46,537 bases of DNA from positions 1 to 46,537 of the forward strand of contig JBHIDR010000003.1 of the NCBI GenBank assembly GCA_046760225.1, written 5' to 3'. Under the pieces are notes generated by a model. That model made no database searches, had not been told where the DNA came from, and was given only the letters and a program-made list of their open reading frames with translations. Positions 27,277-37,808 of the stretch are shown here, piece after piece (the stretch's first letter is position 1; the number at the start of each line of letters is the position of its first letter). The stretch is from Candidatus Aenigmatarchaeota archaeon. GTDB taxonomy: Archaea; Aenigmatarchaeota; Aenigmatarchaeia; Aenigmatarchaeales; JACQIB01. A program made the translations under genes and the position numbers.

Positions 27277-28065
27277 ATGCTGTATGAAAACGTACATGAA
27301 TGTGCTAAAAAAATAGTGCCCATAGTTTCTCCCATAGGAAAAAAAGGAACGTTTGGACAAACAATATATGCCACAGTCTTGCCTGACAGCAGTGAATACT
27401 CCCATATTTTCAAGGAAGCTGAGAGGATATTGTATGGCGTAGAGGAGCAGCTGCTCATGATGCATTATACTCACTCCAGTAATACGCTTCGTGGACGATA
27501 CAGCAGAAACCAGGTCAAAATGGAGTTCAAAAACCATGAAATACTGGCAGACTGGTACAATGACTTTGAGAACGACGGAAGGATATGGTTCAGGACATGC
27601 TTTCCCAGGGAAAGCAGCCTGCCTGACATCAGCCATTGCCTGGCAGGCCCGCACTATGTGAAGTTCTCCCTGGAAGAGGATTACATATATTCATACACAC
27701 GCAAGGAGTACAAGGAATACATGGCGATCCTGGCAAAGAAGCGCTCCAAAATCAAGCCCAAGATAAAGGAGATATTCAGGCCGATAATACCCATGCTTCG
27801 TGGGCCTGTGGGAAAACGCGGTGATTATTTTGCACTGACAGTAAACAGGGAAAGTGAGCCGTATTACATCGGTTATGGCTACATGCTTGGCGGCATAAGC
27901 ATATCCTATCCCGGGACAATGGGAAGGATAGGCTGCGGAAAGTCTCGTTCTGAAACACACTGGTTCACTGTAAGAAAGGAAGATATAGACCTGGTAGAAA
28001 TCGGAGAGAAAATGGGAGAAATATATTCATGCACAAAAAACGTGCTTGAAGAAGCAGGCATCTAA
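27277..28065 (+). CDS. Hypothetical protein
   Basis: 262-aa ORF, no recognised motif. Confidence 0.65.
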   Translation: MLYENVHECAKKIVPIVSPIGKKGTFGQTIYATVLPDSSEYSHIFKEAERILYGVEEQLLMMHYTHSSNTLRGRYSRNQVKMEFKNHEILADWYNDFENDGRIWFRTCFPRESSLPDISHCLAGPHYVKFSLEEDYIYSYTRKEYKEYMAILAKKRSKIKPKIKEIFRPIIPMLRGPVGKRGDYFALTVNRESEPYYIGYGYMLGGISISYPGTMGRIGCGKSRSETHWFTVRKEDIDLVEIGEKMGEIYSCTKNVLEEAGI

Positions 28066-28106
28066 AACAAATTTATTTAAGCTATCCCAACTATCTCAAT
28101 TATAGC

Positions 28107-28277
28107 GGGCCCGTAACTCAGTCTGGTAGAGTGGCAGGCTTTTATCTTAGGATAAAAGATTTGAGGCTTTTGCCTGTGAAAGAAACCTGCAAGTCCAGGG
28201 TTCAAAAGAGGAGAAACTATGTTTCTCCCTCTACCCTCTTCCTTGGGTGGAGCCTGGAAATCCCTGCGGGCCCACCA
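28107..28277 (+). tRNA. tRNA-Lys(TTT) with two introns: 28145..28184 (37/38, 40 nt) and 28207..28260 (T-loop 59/60, 54 nt)
   Basis: GGGCCCG/CGGGCCC acceptor, CCA; CTTT TA^T..AAAG AA^A; TTCA AA^A..TGGA AA^T. Confidence 0.92.
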
Positions 28278-28281
28278 ACCA

Positions 28282-29016
28282 TCATTCTCTGTATTCGCAA
28301 TCGACTCTTGAATCGCATGATGTATTACTGCAGTCCACTTGCCTTATCCAGCTCGGATTTGAGTAATTCTCATGTGCTACATCTTGACATGGATAGGCGT
28401 AAATGGTTGTATTGAGCACTATCTTTATGTTTCCTTTGTGGCCTAATTCCTCGAGTTCTCTGAGAACAGAGGCATTGGCAACCGCCCTGCTCATATCATC
28501 AGTGTTTTCATAGCTGTAAATATCATCTAGGCTCATAACATAATTCTCTATCTTGTAATGCCTAGAGGCATCTATTCTTCCTTTTTCCTTGTCCCAATAC
28601 CCGACATCAGTATAATAGCTCAGCATTCCCACTGAACCTGACATCGGCTCTTCATAGATGCCGGGTTTGAGGGGGATGTTTTCTTTCAGCATCTTAACAA
28701 ATTCCGTATACTCGGAGATGCCGCCCACATTGTCAGTTCTTGGTGCAACATGCAGCTCCTCGGAGAACAAAATCACATTATCCCTTTCAGCACCTACTGC
28801 CCTGACAACAGGACCGCTATATTTGCCCTGTACGATGTCAACATGAATTTTACCGAGCATTTTCTTTAAATTATCAGAGCCTTTCCATGAAGATTCGTTT
28901 TTTCTCTTCTTTTTTCCAATTATGAAGGCCCCATCATCAGAGATCTCTTCTCCCTCGCTCATGTCAGGGATTGGCCTTTTGATAATTTTAGACACAAGAG
29001 AATAATATGGGGGCAA
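28282..29016 (-). CDS. Hypothetical protein
   Basis: 244-aa ORF ending 5 nt from tRNA-Lys 3' end; start uncertain. Confidence 0.6.
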   Translation of the reverse strand: MPPYYSLVSKIIKRPIPDMSEGEEISDDGAFIIGKKKRKNESSWKGSDNLKKMLGKIHVDIVQGKYSGPVVRAVGAERDNVILFSEELHVAPRTDNVGGISEYTEFVKMLKENIPLKPGIYEEPMSGSVGMLSYYTDVGYWDKEKGRIDASRHYKIENYVMSLDDIYSYENTDDMSRAVANASVLRELEELGHKGNIKIVLNTTIYAYPCQDVAHENYSNPSWIRQVDCSNTSCDSRVDCEYRE

Positions 29017-29214
29017 AGACTTAAATGAATTAGTAGATTCTTCACTAGATTAACCGGAATTTTGTTCTTTTTTATTTGAAATACGTCAATAGCAGAATGC
29101 AAAGCTTTATAAACTTGTGTATGCAATAAAAACAAAGTTCAATTCAAATTAACTCATAAGACGGAGTTATCTCCTGTCCATGAGCAGCCAAAGGCTAAAA
29201 AAGGAGGTTGTGAC

Positions 29215-29466
29215 TTGAAGAAGAAAGAAGAACCCACTTACAATATTCTCAAACACAAAATGGTGCCAAAGCACAAAATACTTTCAGAAGAGGAAAAGAA
29301 AGCGCTCCTCGAGAAGCACAACATAAACGAGGTCCAGCTTCCCAAGATTCTTACGAATGACGCTGTGACAAAGGCAATTGATGCCAAGATAGGGGACGTA
29401 ATAAAAATAGAAAGGGAGAGCCCCACTGCAGGAAAAACCGTGTACTACAGGATTGTTGTTAAGTGA
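29215..29466 (+). CDS. rpoH: RNA polymerase subunit H (Rpo5)
   Basis: HKMVPKH, QLPKI, GDVIKIERESPTAG..YYRIV; TTG start after GGAGG. Confidence 0.96.
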   Translation: MKKKEEPTYNILKHKMVPKHKILSEEEKKALLEKHNINEVQLPKILTNDAVTKAIDAKIGDVIKIERESPTAGKTVYYRIVVK

Positions 29467-29471
29467 TTACC

Positions 29472-32400
29472 ATGCCAACAGAATCCTTCATGAGGGAGTT
29501 CAGGAACGAGGTAGGCTTTATCAAGTTCCAGACCAACAGCTTTAATGATTTTGTTGAGAACAGGCTGCAGAGGATAATCGATGAAATAGAGAAGGTGGAG
29601 CCCGAAGTGCCTGAAATCGGGGAACTTCAGATAAAACTGGGCAAGGTGACTGTTGGGGAGCCGGTTGTAAGGGAAGCTGATGGAACAGTAAGGAAAATAA
29701 TGCCCATGGAAGCAAGGCTGAGGGACCTCACATATTCTGCACCCATATTTGTTGAAATGACGCCTGTTGTGAACAAGGTGGAGCAGGAGAGTGTGGCTGT
29801 TCACATAGGCGACCTGCCGATAATGATCAAGTCCAAATACTGCGCACTCCATGGAATGAGCAAGGAAGAGCTGGAAGAGGAGTTTGAGGACCCCTATGAC
29901 CCTGGCGGATACTTCATAATAAACGGCACTGAGAGGGCACTCATACTCATAGAGGAGATTGCGCCGAACAGGACAATTGTGCAAAAGCAGAAAGTGGGAA
30001 ACTACACAGAGATGACAAGGGTGAATTCTGAAAGGAACGGTTATGTGCAGAGGCACCTTATTGAAAGGAAGAACGACAGCTCCATATACATATCTTTTGC
30101 CAACATAAGGAGGCTGCCAATAGTTGTCCTGCTGAAGGCGCTCGGCATGGAGAACGACAAGGAAATAATAGCTGCAATAGGCGGCGGTGACAGGGTGACA
30201 ACCAATTTCTATGGAAACCTGTTTGAAACAGACGTTGCAACAACAAAGGAAGCATTCGAGTTCATGGTAAAGACAATGAAAATAGTGCAGAAGGAATACC
30301 AGAAGGAAAGGGTGAAGCAGATAATTGACCGCTACCTTCTGCCCCATCTCGGGCAGGAATCAAAGAACAGGAAGGACAAGGCAAAGTACCTCACAATCGC
30401 AATAAGGAAAATAATACAGCTGGCCCTTGGCATTATTGAGGAAGATGACATAGACCACTATGCAAACAAGAGAGTAAGGATGGCAGGAGACCTGCTGGAA
30501 ATACTTTTCAGGTCAATACTTGTCGGCAGGTGGGGACTGATAACAAGGGTAAAGTACAATTACCAGAAAATGGCAAAGAGGGGCAAGCTACCGCCAATCC
30601 AGACCATTGTGGAATCAAATGTGGTGAGCAACCAGCTTGTTTCTGCAATGGCAACAGGTGCATGGACAGGAGGAAGAACAGGTGTGTCGCAAAGGCTTGA
30701 CAGGTCAAACCACATCAAGACATTCTCCCATCTCAGGATGGTGCTGTCTCCCCTGACTTCAACTCAGGAGCACTTTGAAGCAAGAGAGCTGCACCCAACG
30801 AACTGGGGAAGGTTCTGTCCAGCAGAGACACCAGAAGGACCCACAATAGGTCTGAGAAAGCACCTGGCAATAATGGCAGAGATAACAACAGGGCTGACAG
30901 ACGTTGAAAGGGAAAAGTTTGTCAAGGGGCTGAAGCTCAAGGAAGGTGATATTGCTGTGGTGCTCAATGGAACAACAATAGGCACTATTGACTCACCTGA
31001 AATAATCAGCACAATCAGAAAGAAGAGAAGGGCAGACCTTATCCCGAACACAGTAAACATGGTCCATTATCCTGACATCAAGGAGATAAGAATCAATACA
31101 GACTCCGGAAGGGTGAGGAGACCCCTGATAATAGTGGAAAACGGAAGGTCAAAGCTCATGGAGGAACATGTAAAAAAGATAATTGCTGGTGAGATGAAGT
31201 GGAGCGACCTGCTCAAGGCAGGGGTAATAGAATACGTTGATGCTGAAGAGGAAGATGGTTCATTGGTTGCACTCAATGAAAAGGAAATCATGCCAGAGAC
31301 CACGCACATGGAGCTCACCCCGCTCGCAATAATGGGAATCTCAGCAAGCCTTTTGCCCTTTTCCCAGTACAACAGAGGGGACAGGGTCAACTATGGTGCA
31401 AAAATGGTGGGACAGGCAATCGGGGTGTACCAGTTGAACTCCAACCTGAGGCCTGACACCAAATCAAACATACTCGCATACCCGCAGCTCCCGCTTGTGG
31501 GCACATTAACAGTGCCCATCACAGGACTTGAAAAACATCCTTCAGGGTTCAATGTTGTGATAGCCCTTATGAGCCACCATGGGTATAACATGCAGGACGC
31601 AATAATATTCAACAAGGCCTCAATAGAAAGAGGTCTTTTCCGCTCATTCTTCTACAGGATATACAGCGGTGAGGAAAGGAGATACTGGGGAGGACAGGAA
31701 GACAAAATAGGTGCGCCTGAAAAGGACGTGAGGGGGTACAGGAGCGAGGAGGACTATGCCAACCTGAATGAGGATGGTATTCTTGCACCAGAACAGCCTG
31801 TCACAGGAAGGGATGTGCTTATAGGAAAGATATCACCAATGCGCTTCCTTTCAACAAGCGAACTCATGGGCGGAATAGCCAACATGAGGGAGACTTCGAT
31901 CTCCATGAGACCCACAGAAAAGGGAGTTGTTGACAGGGTGTTTGCCACAGAGACAATCAATGGCAACAAGCTCATAAAGGTCGCTGTAAGGGACATGAGA
32001 ATACCCGAAGTCGGGGATAAGTTTGCATCAAGGCACGGCCAGAAGTCAGTCATAGGTCTCATAGCAGAAGAGGAGAGCATGCCCTTTACTGCTTCAGGCT
32101 ATATTCCTGACATAATCATGAACCCGCACTCGATTCCTTCCCGTCAGACAGTTGGACAGCTGCTGGAGATTCTTGGTGGAAAGACATGTGCGCTCAATGG
32201 GTTCAAGGCCAATGCAAGTGCATTTGAAAACATTACAGAAGATGAGCTGAGGAAGATGCTTCATGCTGCTGGATTCAGAAGCGACGGAAAGGAAACACTC
32301 TACAATGGGATAACAGGAGAGAAGTATGATATTGAGATATTTGTGGGCTGCGGCTACTACCAAAAGCTTGACCACATGGTTGCGAACAAGATTCAGGCAA

Positions 32401-32735
32401 GGTCAAGAGGGCCTGTGACCCTTCTGACAAGACAACCAACAGAAGGAAAGGCAAAGGAGGGTGGATTGAGACTTGGAGAAATGGAAAAGGACTGCCTGAT
32501 AGCGCACGGTGCTGTGCTCACGCTCAAAGAAAGGTTTGATTCAGACAAGGTCACTGTCCCAATGTGCAAGAAGTGCGGACTAACAGCTGTATGGGACAAG
32601 CAGAAAAACGCGCACGTATGCCCGGCATGCAAGGGAACAGACATTATCGAGATTGAGATGAGCTATGCATTCAAGCTGTTATTGGACGAGCTCAAGGCAA
32701 TGATGATATATCCGAAACTACAGGTGAGCGGATGA
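29472..32735 (+). CDS. rpoB: RNA polymerase subunit B (Rpo2, unsplit)
   Basis: GGYFIINGTER, CPAETPEG, GDKFASRHGQK, GGLRLGEME. Confidence 0.97.
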   Translation: MPTESFMREFRNEVGFIKFQTNSFNDFVENRLQRIIDEIEKVEPEVPEIGELQIKLGKVTVGEPVVREADGTVRKIMPMEARLRDLTYSAPIFVEMTPVVNKVEQESVAVHIGDLPIMIKSKYCALHGMSKEELEEEFEDPYDPGGYFIINGTERALILIEEIAPNRTIVQKQKVGNYTEMTRVNSERNGYVQRHLIERKNDSSIYISFANIRRLPIVVLLKALGMENDKEIIAAIGGGDRVTTNFYGNLFETDVATTKEAFEFMVKTMKIVQKEYQKERVKQIIDRYLLPHLGQESKNRKDKAKYLTIAIRKIIQLALGIIEEDDIDHYANKRVRMAGDLLEILFRSILVGRWGLITRVKYNYQKMAKRGKLPPIQTIVESNVVSNQLVSAMATGAWTGGRTGVSQRLDRSNHIKTFSHLRMVLSPLTSTQEHFEARELHPTNWGRFCPAETPEGPTIGLRKHLAIMAEITTGLTDVEREKFVKGLKLKEGDIAVVLNGTTIGTIDSPEIISTIRKKRRADLIPNTVNMVHYPDIKEIRINTDSGRVRRPLIIVENGRSKLMEEHVKKIIAGEMKWSDLLKAGVIEYVDAEEEDGSLVALNEKEIMPETTHMELTPLAIMGISASLLPFSQYNRGDRVNYGAKMVGQAIGVYQLNSNLRPDTKSNILAYPQLPLVGTLTVPITGLEKHPSGFNVVIALMSHHGYNMQDAIIFNKASIERGLFRSFFYRIYSGEERRYWGGQEDKIGAPEKDVRGYRSEEDYANLNEDGILAPEQPVTGRDVLIGKISPMRFLSTSELMGGIANMRETSISMRPTEKGVVDRVFATETINGNKLIKVAVRDMRIPEVGDKFASRHGQKSVIGLIAEEESMPFTASGYIPDIIMNPHSIPSRQTVGQLLEILGGKTCALNGFKANASAFENITEDELRKMLHAAGFRSDGKETLYNGITGEKYDIEIFVGCGYYQKLDHMVANKIQARSRGPVTLLTRQPTEGKAKEGGLRLGEMEKDCLIAHGAVLTLKERFDSDKVTVPMCKKCGLTAVWDKQKNAHVCPACKGTDIIEIEMSYAFKLLLDELKAMMIYPKLQVSG

Positions 32736-35209
32736 TAGACCAGATTGATTTCCAATTGCTTTCGCCAACAATGGTAAAGAAGATTGCAAAAGCAGAAATA
32801 ACAAGGCCCGAGCTTTATGACAATGACGGTTTCCCAATAGAGGGCGGAGTAATGGACCCGAGACTGGGCATAATAGACCCTGGGCTCAGGTGCAGGACAT
32901 GCGGACAGACAATAGGAAACTGTTTCGGCCACTTCGGTTATGTAGAGCTGGTAAGGCCGGTTATCCATGTACTGTACTCAAAACTGATTTACAGGATACT
33001 GAGAGTAATGTGCAATGAGTGCTCAAGGATAATCACCACATCAACAACAACAAGACCAAAGAAGTGCACGCACTGCGGTACTGAACAGAAGGCCATAAAG
33101 TTCCAGAAGCCCTACACATTCCTGGAAGATGAAAAAGCGCTGACAACAATGGAAGTCAGGGAGAGGCTGGAAAAAATACCTGACGAGGACCTTAAGCTTC
33201 TGGGCTTCAGGGGAGGAAGACCAGAATGGCTCATAATAACACTCATGCCTGTGCCGCCTGTAATAACCAGGCCATCAATAACCCTGGAAACAGGCGAAAG
33301 GTCAGAAGATGACCTGACGCACAAGCTGGTGGACATAATAAGAATCAACCAGCGACTAAGGGAAAACATTGACATAGGTGCGCCGGACTTCATAATAGAA
33401 GACCTGTGGGAACTGCTGCAGTACCATGTTGCAACTTTCTTTGACAACACCTTATCAGGAATACCTGCTGCAAGGCACAGGAGCGGAAGACCATTGAAAA
33501 CTCTGGCTGACAGGTTGAAATCAAAGGAAGGAAGGTTCAGGCAGAACCTTGCAGGAAAGAGGGTGAACTTCTCAGCAAGAACAGTAATATCACCTGATCC
33601 CTACATAAGCATCAATGAGGTGGGCATTCCGAGGTCCATAGTAAGGGAGCTCACAATCCCATTGAGTGTATGGGAACACAATGTGGAAAAGCTGAGGGAA
33701 ATCATTCTGAACGCGCCTGTATGGCCGTCTGCAAACTATGTAGTAAGGCCTGATGGCAAGAGGAAGAAGATAACAGAAGAAAACAAGGAAGAGGTCGCCC
33801 AGGAGATATCACCTGGCTATATCATTGAGAGGCATGTGAGGAACGGTGACATTGTGCTCTTCAACAGACAGCCCTCACTGCACAGGATGTCCATAATGGC
33901 CCACAGGGTGAGGGTGACACCATGGAGGACATTCACAATGAACCTGTGCGTGTGCCCGCCCTATAATGCTGATTTTGATGGAGACGAGATGAACCTGCAT
34001 GTGCTGCAGACAGAAGAGGCGCGCGCAGAAGCGCGGCTACTGATGAGCGTGCAGAACCACATAAGGAGCCCGAGGTTCGGAGGACCAATCATAGGATGCG
34101 AGCATGACCATGTTTCAGGAGCCTACCTGCTTACAAAGAAGGAAACCGAGCTCTCGAGGAAGGATGCCTTCTACCTGCTTTCCCAGATAGGGGTTGATGC
34201 AGAGCTACCGAGCAAAAAGAAAATATCCGGCAAGGAACTGTTCTCCATGCTCCTTCCGAAAGGACTTAACATGGAATTCAAGGCAAAGGTCTGCGGATGT
34301 GAAAAATGCATAAAGGGGACGTGCCCGAATGACGGTTATGTTGTAATAAGGAACGGAAAACTTGAAAGGGGTGTGATAGACAAGAAGGCAATAGGAAGGG
34401 AGGCAGGAAAGGTCATTGACAGGATTGAAAGGGAGTATGGTACAGAAGAGGCGCACAAGTTCATTGACAGGGTATCACTCCTTGGGATAATTTTCCTTGA
34501 GAAGCACGGATTCACAATAGGGCTTGATGATATTGACCTGAACATCAGCACACTGGAAAAAATAAAAAGGGAAATTGAAAAGGGAGTAGTTGGTGCCAAC
34601 CAGCTGATTGAGGATTATGCCAACAACAGGATCGAAGTCCTGCCAGGAAGGGATGCGAAAGGCAGTTTTGAAGCGCACACACTAAAGCTGCTTGCAAACC
34701 TGACAGACTCGATTGGAAAAATAGTTGCATCAGACCTTGTTGAAAACAGCGCTGTTGTCATGGCAAAATCCGGTGCCCGCGGCCACATAACACACCTTGC
34801 ACAGCTGAGCGGAATACTGGGACAGCAGCATGTGCTCGGTGAGAGAATACACAGGGGATTCAGGGGGAGGACGCTGTCGCACTTCAAAGCCGGGGACCTG
34901 ACCCCGATGGCGCACGGTTTTGTGGTGAGCGCATTCAAGCACGGACTAAATCCGTTTGAATTCTTTTTCAATGTGTTGAGCGGAAGGGAAGGCCTCATGG
35001 ACAAGTCACTGAGGACAAGGCACAGCGGTTATCTGGAAAGAAGGCTGATGAACGCGCTACAGGACCTGAAAGTGGAATATGACGGTACAATCAGGGACAA
35101 CAGGAAGGTCATAATCCAGTTCAAGCCAGGTGAGGACGGCATTGATCCAGCAAAATCAGACTGGGGAGCAATAGATGTTGATGAAATAATAAAGGGTGTT
35201 GCCAAATGA
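32732..35209 (+). CDS. rpoA1: RNA polymerase subunit A' (Rpo1N)
   Basis: CFGHFG, GKRVNFSARTVISPD, YNADFDGDEMN. Confidence 0.97.
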   Translation: MIDQIDFQLLSPTMVKKIAKAEITRPELYDNDGFPIEGGVMDPRLGIIDPGLRCRTCGQTIGNCFGHFGYVELVRPVIHVLYSKLIYRILRVMCNECSRIITTSTTTRPKKCTHCGTEQKAIKFQKPYTFLEDEKALTTMEVRERLEKIPDEDLKLLGFRGGRPEWLIITLMPVPPVITRPSITLETGERSEDDLTHKLVDIIRINQRLRENIDIGAPDFIIEDLWELLQYHVATFFDNTLSGIPAARHRSGRPLKTLADRLKSKEGRFRQNLAGKRVNFSARTVISPDPYISINEVGIPRSIVRELTIPLSVWEHNVEKLREIILNAPVWPSANYVVRPDGKRKKITEENKEEVAQEISPGYIIERHVRNGDIVLFNRQPSLHRMSIMAHRVRVTPWRTFTMNLCVCPPYNADFDGDEMNLHVLQTEEARAEARLLMSVQNHIRSPRFGGPIIGCEHDHVSGAYLLTKKETELSRKDAFYLLSQIGVDAELPSKKKISGKELFSMLLPKGLNMEFKAKVCGCEKCIKGTCPNDGYVVIRNGKLERGVIDKKAIGREAGKVIDRIEREYGTEEAHKFIDRVSLLGIIFLEKHGFTIGLDDIDLNISTLEKIKREIEKGVVGANQLIEDYANNRIEVLPGRDAKGSFEAHTLKLLANLTDSIGKIVASDLVENSAVVMAKSGARGHITHLAQLSGILGQQHVLGERIHRGFRGRTLSHFKAGDLTPMAHGFVVSAFKHGLNPFEFFFNVLSGREGLMDKSLRTRHSGYLERRLMNALQDLKVEYDGTIRDNRKVIIQFKPGEDGIDPAKSDWGAIDVDEIIKGVAK

Positions 35210-37758
35210 AAGTAAAGTCACTCAAAGAGCTGCCACCTAAGCTGCGGGAAGAAGCAAAGGAAAAGATGAAGGCATACAGATTAACTGCAGCGCAAAAGTC
35301 CAAGATCGAGAAAAAGATAATTGAAATGTACAACAAGAGCCTCTTTGAAGCAGGTGAAGCATTCGGCATGGTGGCTGCACAGAGCATATCTGAACCAGCT
35401 ACCCAGATGTGCGTTGACTATGATGAAAATGTGCTGACCAAGGATGCGGGTAGGATTGAAATAGTCAAGGTTGGTCATTTCATTGATCAAAATTTTGAAA
35501 GATTCGGATTCAAGAGGATAGGTGAGTATGAGGTCTGTGACCTGCCCAAACAGCAAAAGCTCTTTGTATTGAGCCTGAACCCAGAAGAGAAGATGGAATG
35601 GAGAAGGGTGATTGCGTGCAACAGGCACGAAAGCCCGGAAACCCTGATTAAAATAACAACAAGGTCTGGAAGGGAGATCACAGCAACAGACTTCCATTCC
35701 TTTGTAATAAGAAAGCACAACAAAATAGTTTCCATAGCTGGAAAGGAACTCAAGGTTGGGGACAGAATCCCTGCAATAAGGTATCTGCCTGAAAACTGCG
35801 CCAGCTTCGTAAACATAGGCGGTTTCCTCCCGCCCCAAATGAAAACCATCAGGGAAGAGGGGCGCATACGTTCTGTGCGAGGGCTGACGTCCCTGCCAGA
35901 GCAGATGACATTGGATGCTGCGTTTGGCTGGTTTATAGGCGCTTATTTGTCCGAGGGCCACTCCACAGGAAGCGAGCTTTGCATCTCCAATATTAACGAC
36001 GAATTCATATCAAATGTTAAGAATTTCTCAGAAGGCCTTAACCTTAATTATAAAGAATTCCTGCATCATAGAGGATTTGCACAAAGCCGTGACTTCAAAA
36101 TAAGGTCAACGCTTTTCTCCAATTTCATCGAAGCGGCATGCGGGACAGGTTCTGGAGAAAAGAAGGTTCCAGATTTCGCTTACAGCGCTGATGAGAGATT
36201 TGTTGCAAGCTTGTTGAAGGGTTACTTCGATGGAGACGGTAATATCAGCGTGAAAAGGAAGATAATCAGGGCATCCTCAAACTCAAAGGAACTGATAGAT
36301 GGAATTGCACTGCTATTAACAAGGTTCGGAATATTCGCCCATAAGACCAAGGACAAGCAATTCGGCCTGCTTATTCCTTATAAATACGCACCGATATTCT
36401 TGTCTAAAATCGGTTCTGACATACCTGAGAAGGGTAAAAGGCTGAAAAGGTTGGCCGAGTTGTCGAAAAGGTTTTGGGATGATTATTCTCAAGACTTTAC
36501 AGACATGATTGGCGGTTTTGATGATGTACTGTACCAGGTTGCAAAGAAACTAAAATATCCGACCAGGTACATCAATAATTTTACCAAGCGTCAAAAAATA
36601 GGCAGGACAGCTCTTCACCGCTACATAAGACTTTTTGAAAGGCTAGCAAAAACAAAAGGTGTTGATATCGGAGGAGAACTCCAAATTTTAAAGCGGATGG
36701 CCAATTCCGATGTGGTTTGGGACGAGATAGCCAAGATAAGGCGTATAAAGCCTTCTTCGAGATATGTTTATGATTTTTCTGTGGAAGGGCTCAAAACCTT
36801 CACAACATTCGATGGGATTGTAACGCACAATACAATGAGAACATACCATGTTGCAGGAGCAGCACAGATAGAGGTGACGCTCGGCCTTCCAAGGATAGTG
36901 GAGATATTTGATGCAAGAAGGAGCCCGAAAACTCCCACCATGACTGTTTATCTAAAGAAGGCCTACAACACAAAGGACAGGGCCTACAAGATTGCTGCTG
37001 ATATCAGGGAAGTCAAAATGAATGATGTTGCTTCTTCATCTTCAATAGACCTTGTAAACGGTCAGATTGAAGTGATGATTGACCTGAAGGAGATGAGGGG
37101 CGCTGGCCTGAGCATGTCCAGGATAGAAAGCGTGCTGAAGGAATCATTGAAGGACGTTGATGTAAGGTCGAGAAAGGGAAGCTTCGTCATCAAACCCAAG
37201 GGAGACTATACTATAAAGGACATACAGAAGTTGAAGAAGAAAGTCCTTGACATGCACCTCAAAGGCCTGAAGGGCGTGTCGCAGGCTGTCATAAACCAGA
37301 GGGAGGGGGACTGGATCATAACCACTCTTGGCAGCAACTTTGCAAAGGTGCTCGGGGTGAAAGGAGTGAACCCTGCAAGGACAATGACAAACAACATCCA
37401 TGAAGTACAGAAGGTGCTCGGGGTCGAGGCTGCGAGAAACGCAATAATCAATGAAGCTGTAAACACGCTAAAGGACCAGGGCCTGGATGTCGATGTCAGG
37501 CACATCATGCTGGTTGCAGATGTCATGGTGGCGGACGGCACAATAAAGGCAATCGGAAGGTATGGGATTGCAGGAGCAAAGGGCTCGGTGCTCGCAAGGG
37601 CGAACTTCGAAGAGACAATCAAGCACCTTACCAAGGCTGCTGTGACTGCTGAGAGTGATAAGCTGGAAAGCATTGTGGAGAACGTTATGATAAACCAGGT
37701 TGTCCCTGCTGGAACAGGCATGTTCGACCTGATTTTCAGACCGCCACAAAAAAAGTAA
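35206..37758 (+). CDS. rpoA2: RNA polymerase subunit A'' (Rpo1C) containing an intein
   Basis: AAQSISEPATQM/TMRTYH, VTLGLPR, GVEAARN, RANFEET. Confidence 0.96.
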   Translation: MKVKSLKELPPKLREEAKEKMKAYRLTAAQKSKIEKKIIEMYNKSLFEAGEAFGMVAAQSISEPATQMCVDYDENVLTKDAGRIEIVKVGHFIDQNFERFGFKRIGEYEVCDLPKQQKLFVLSLNPEEKMEWRRVIACNRHESPETLIKITTRSGREITATDFHSFVIRKHNKIVSIAGKELKVGDRIPAIRYLPENCASFVNIGGFLPPQMKTIREEGRIRSVRGLTSLPEQMTLDAAFGWFIGAYLSEGHSTGSELCISNINDEFISNVKNFSEGLNLNYKEFLHHRGFAQSRDFKIRSTLFSNFIEAACGTGSGEKKVPDFAYSADERFVASLLKGYFDGDGNISVKRKIIRASSNSKELIDGIALLLTRFGIFAHKTKDKQFGLLIPYKYAPIFLSKIGSDIPEKGKRLKRLAELSKRFWDDYSQDFTDMIGGFDDVLYQVAKKLKYPTRYINNFTKRQKIGRTALHRYIRLFERLAKTKGVDIGGELQILKRMANSDVVWDEIAKIRRIKPSSRYVYDFSVEGLKTFTTFDGIVTHNTMRTYHVAGAAQIEVTLGLPRIVEIFDARRSPKTPTMTVYLKKAYNTKDRAYKIAADIREVKMNDVASSSSIDLVNGQIEVMIDLKEMRGAGLSMSRIESVLKESLKDVDVRSRKGSFVIKPKGDYTIKDIQKLKKKVLDMHLKGLKGVSQAVINQREGDWIITTLGSNFAKVLGVKGVNPARTMTNNIHEVQKVLGVEAARNAIINEAVNTLKDQGLDVDVRHIMLVADVMVADGTIKAIGRYGIAGAKGSVLARANFEETIKHLTKAAVTAESDKLESIVENVMINQVVPAGTGMFDLIFRPPQKK
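35410..36831 (+). mobile_element. Intein (474 aa) with LAGLIDADG endonuclease in RpoA''
   Basis: QM/CVDYDE start, ATDFHSF block B, GAYLSEG and GYFDGDG motifs, VTHN/T end. Confidence 0.95.
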
Positions 37759-37808
37759 TGTTTAAATTTGAGTAAGGCATAAATTATTCTAAGTGAAAGG
37801 TTTTCAAA

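Noticed and set aside
35410..36831. RpoA'' intein as a novelty
   Set aside because: The EP.TQM/T site is a known archaeal RpoA'' intein site; listed as a feature only
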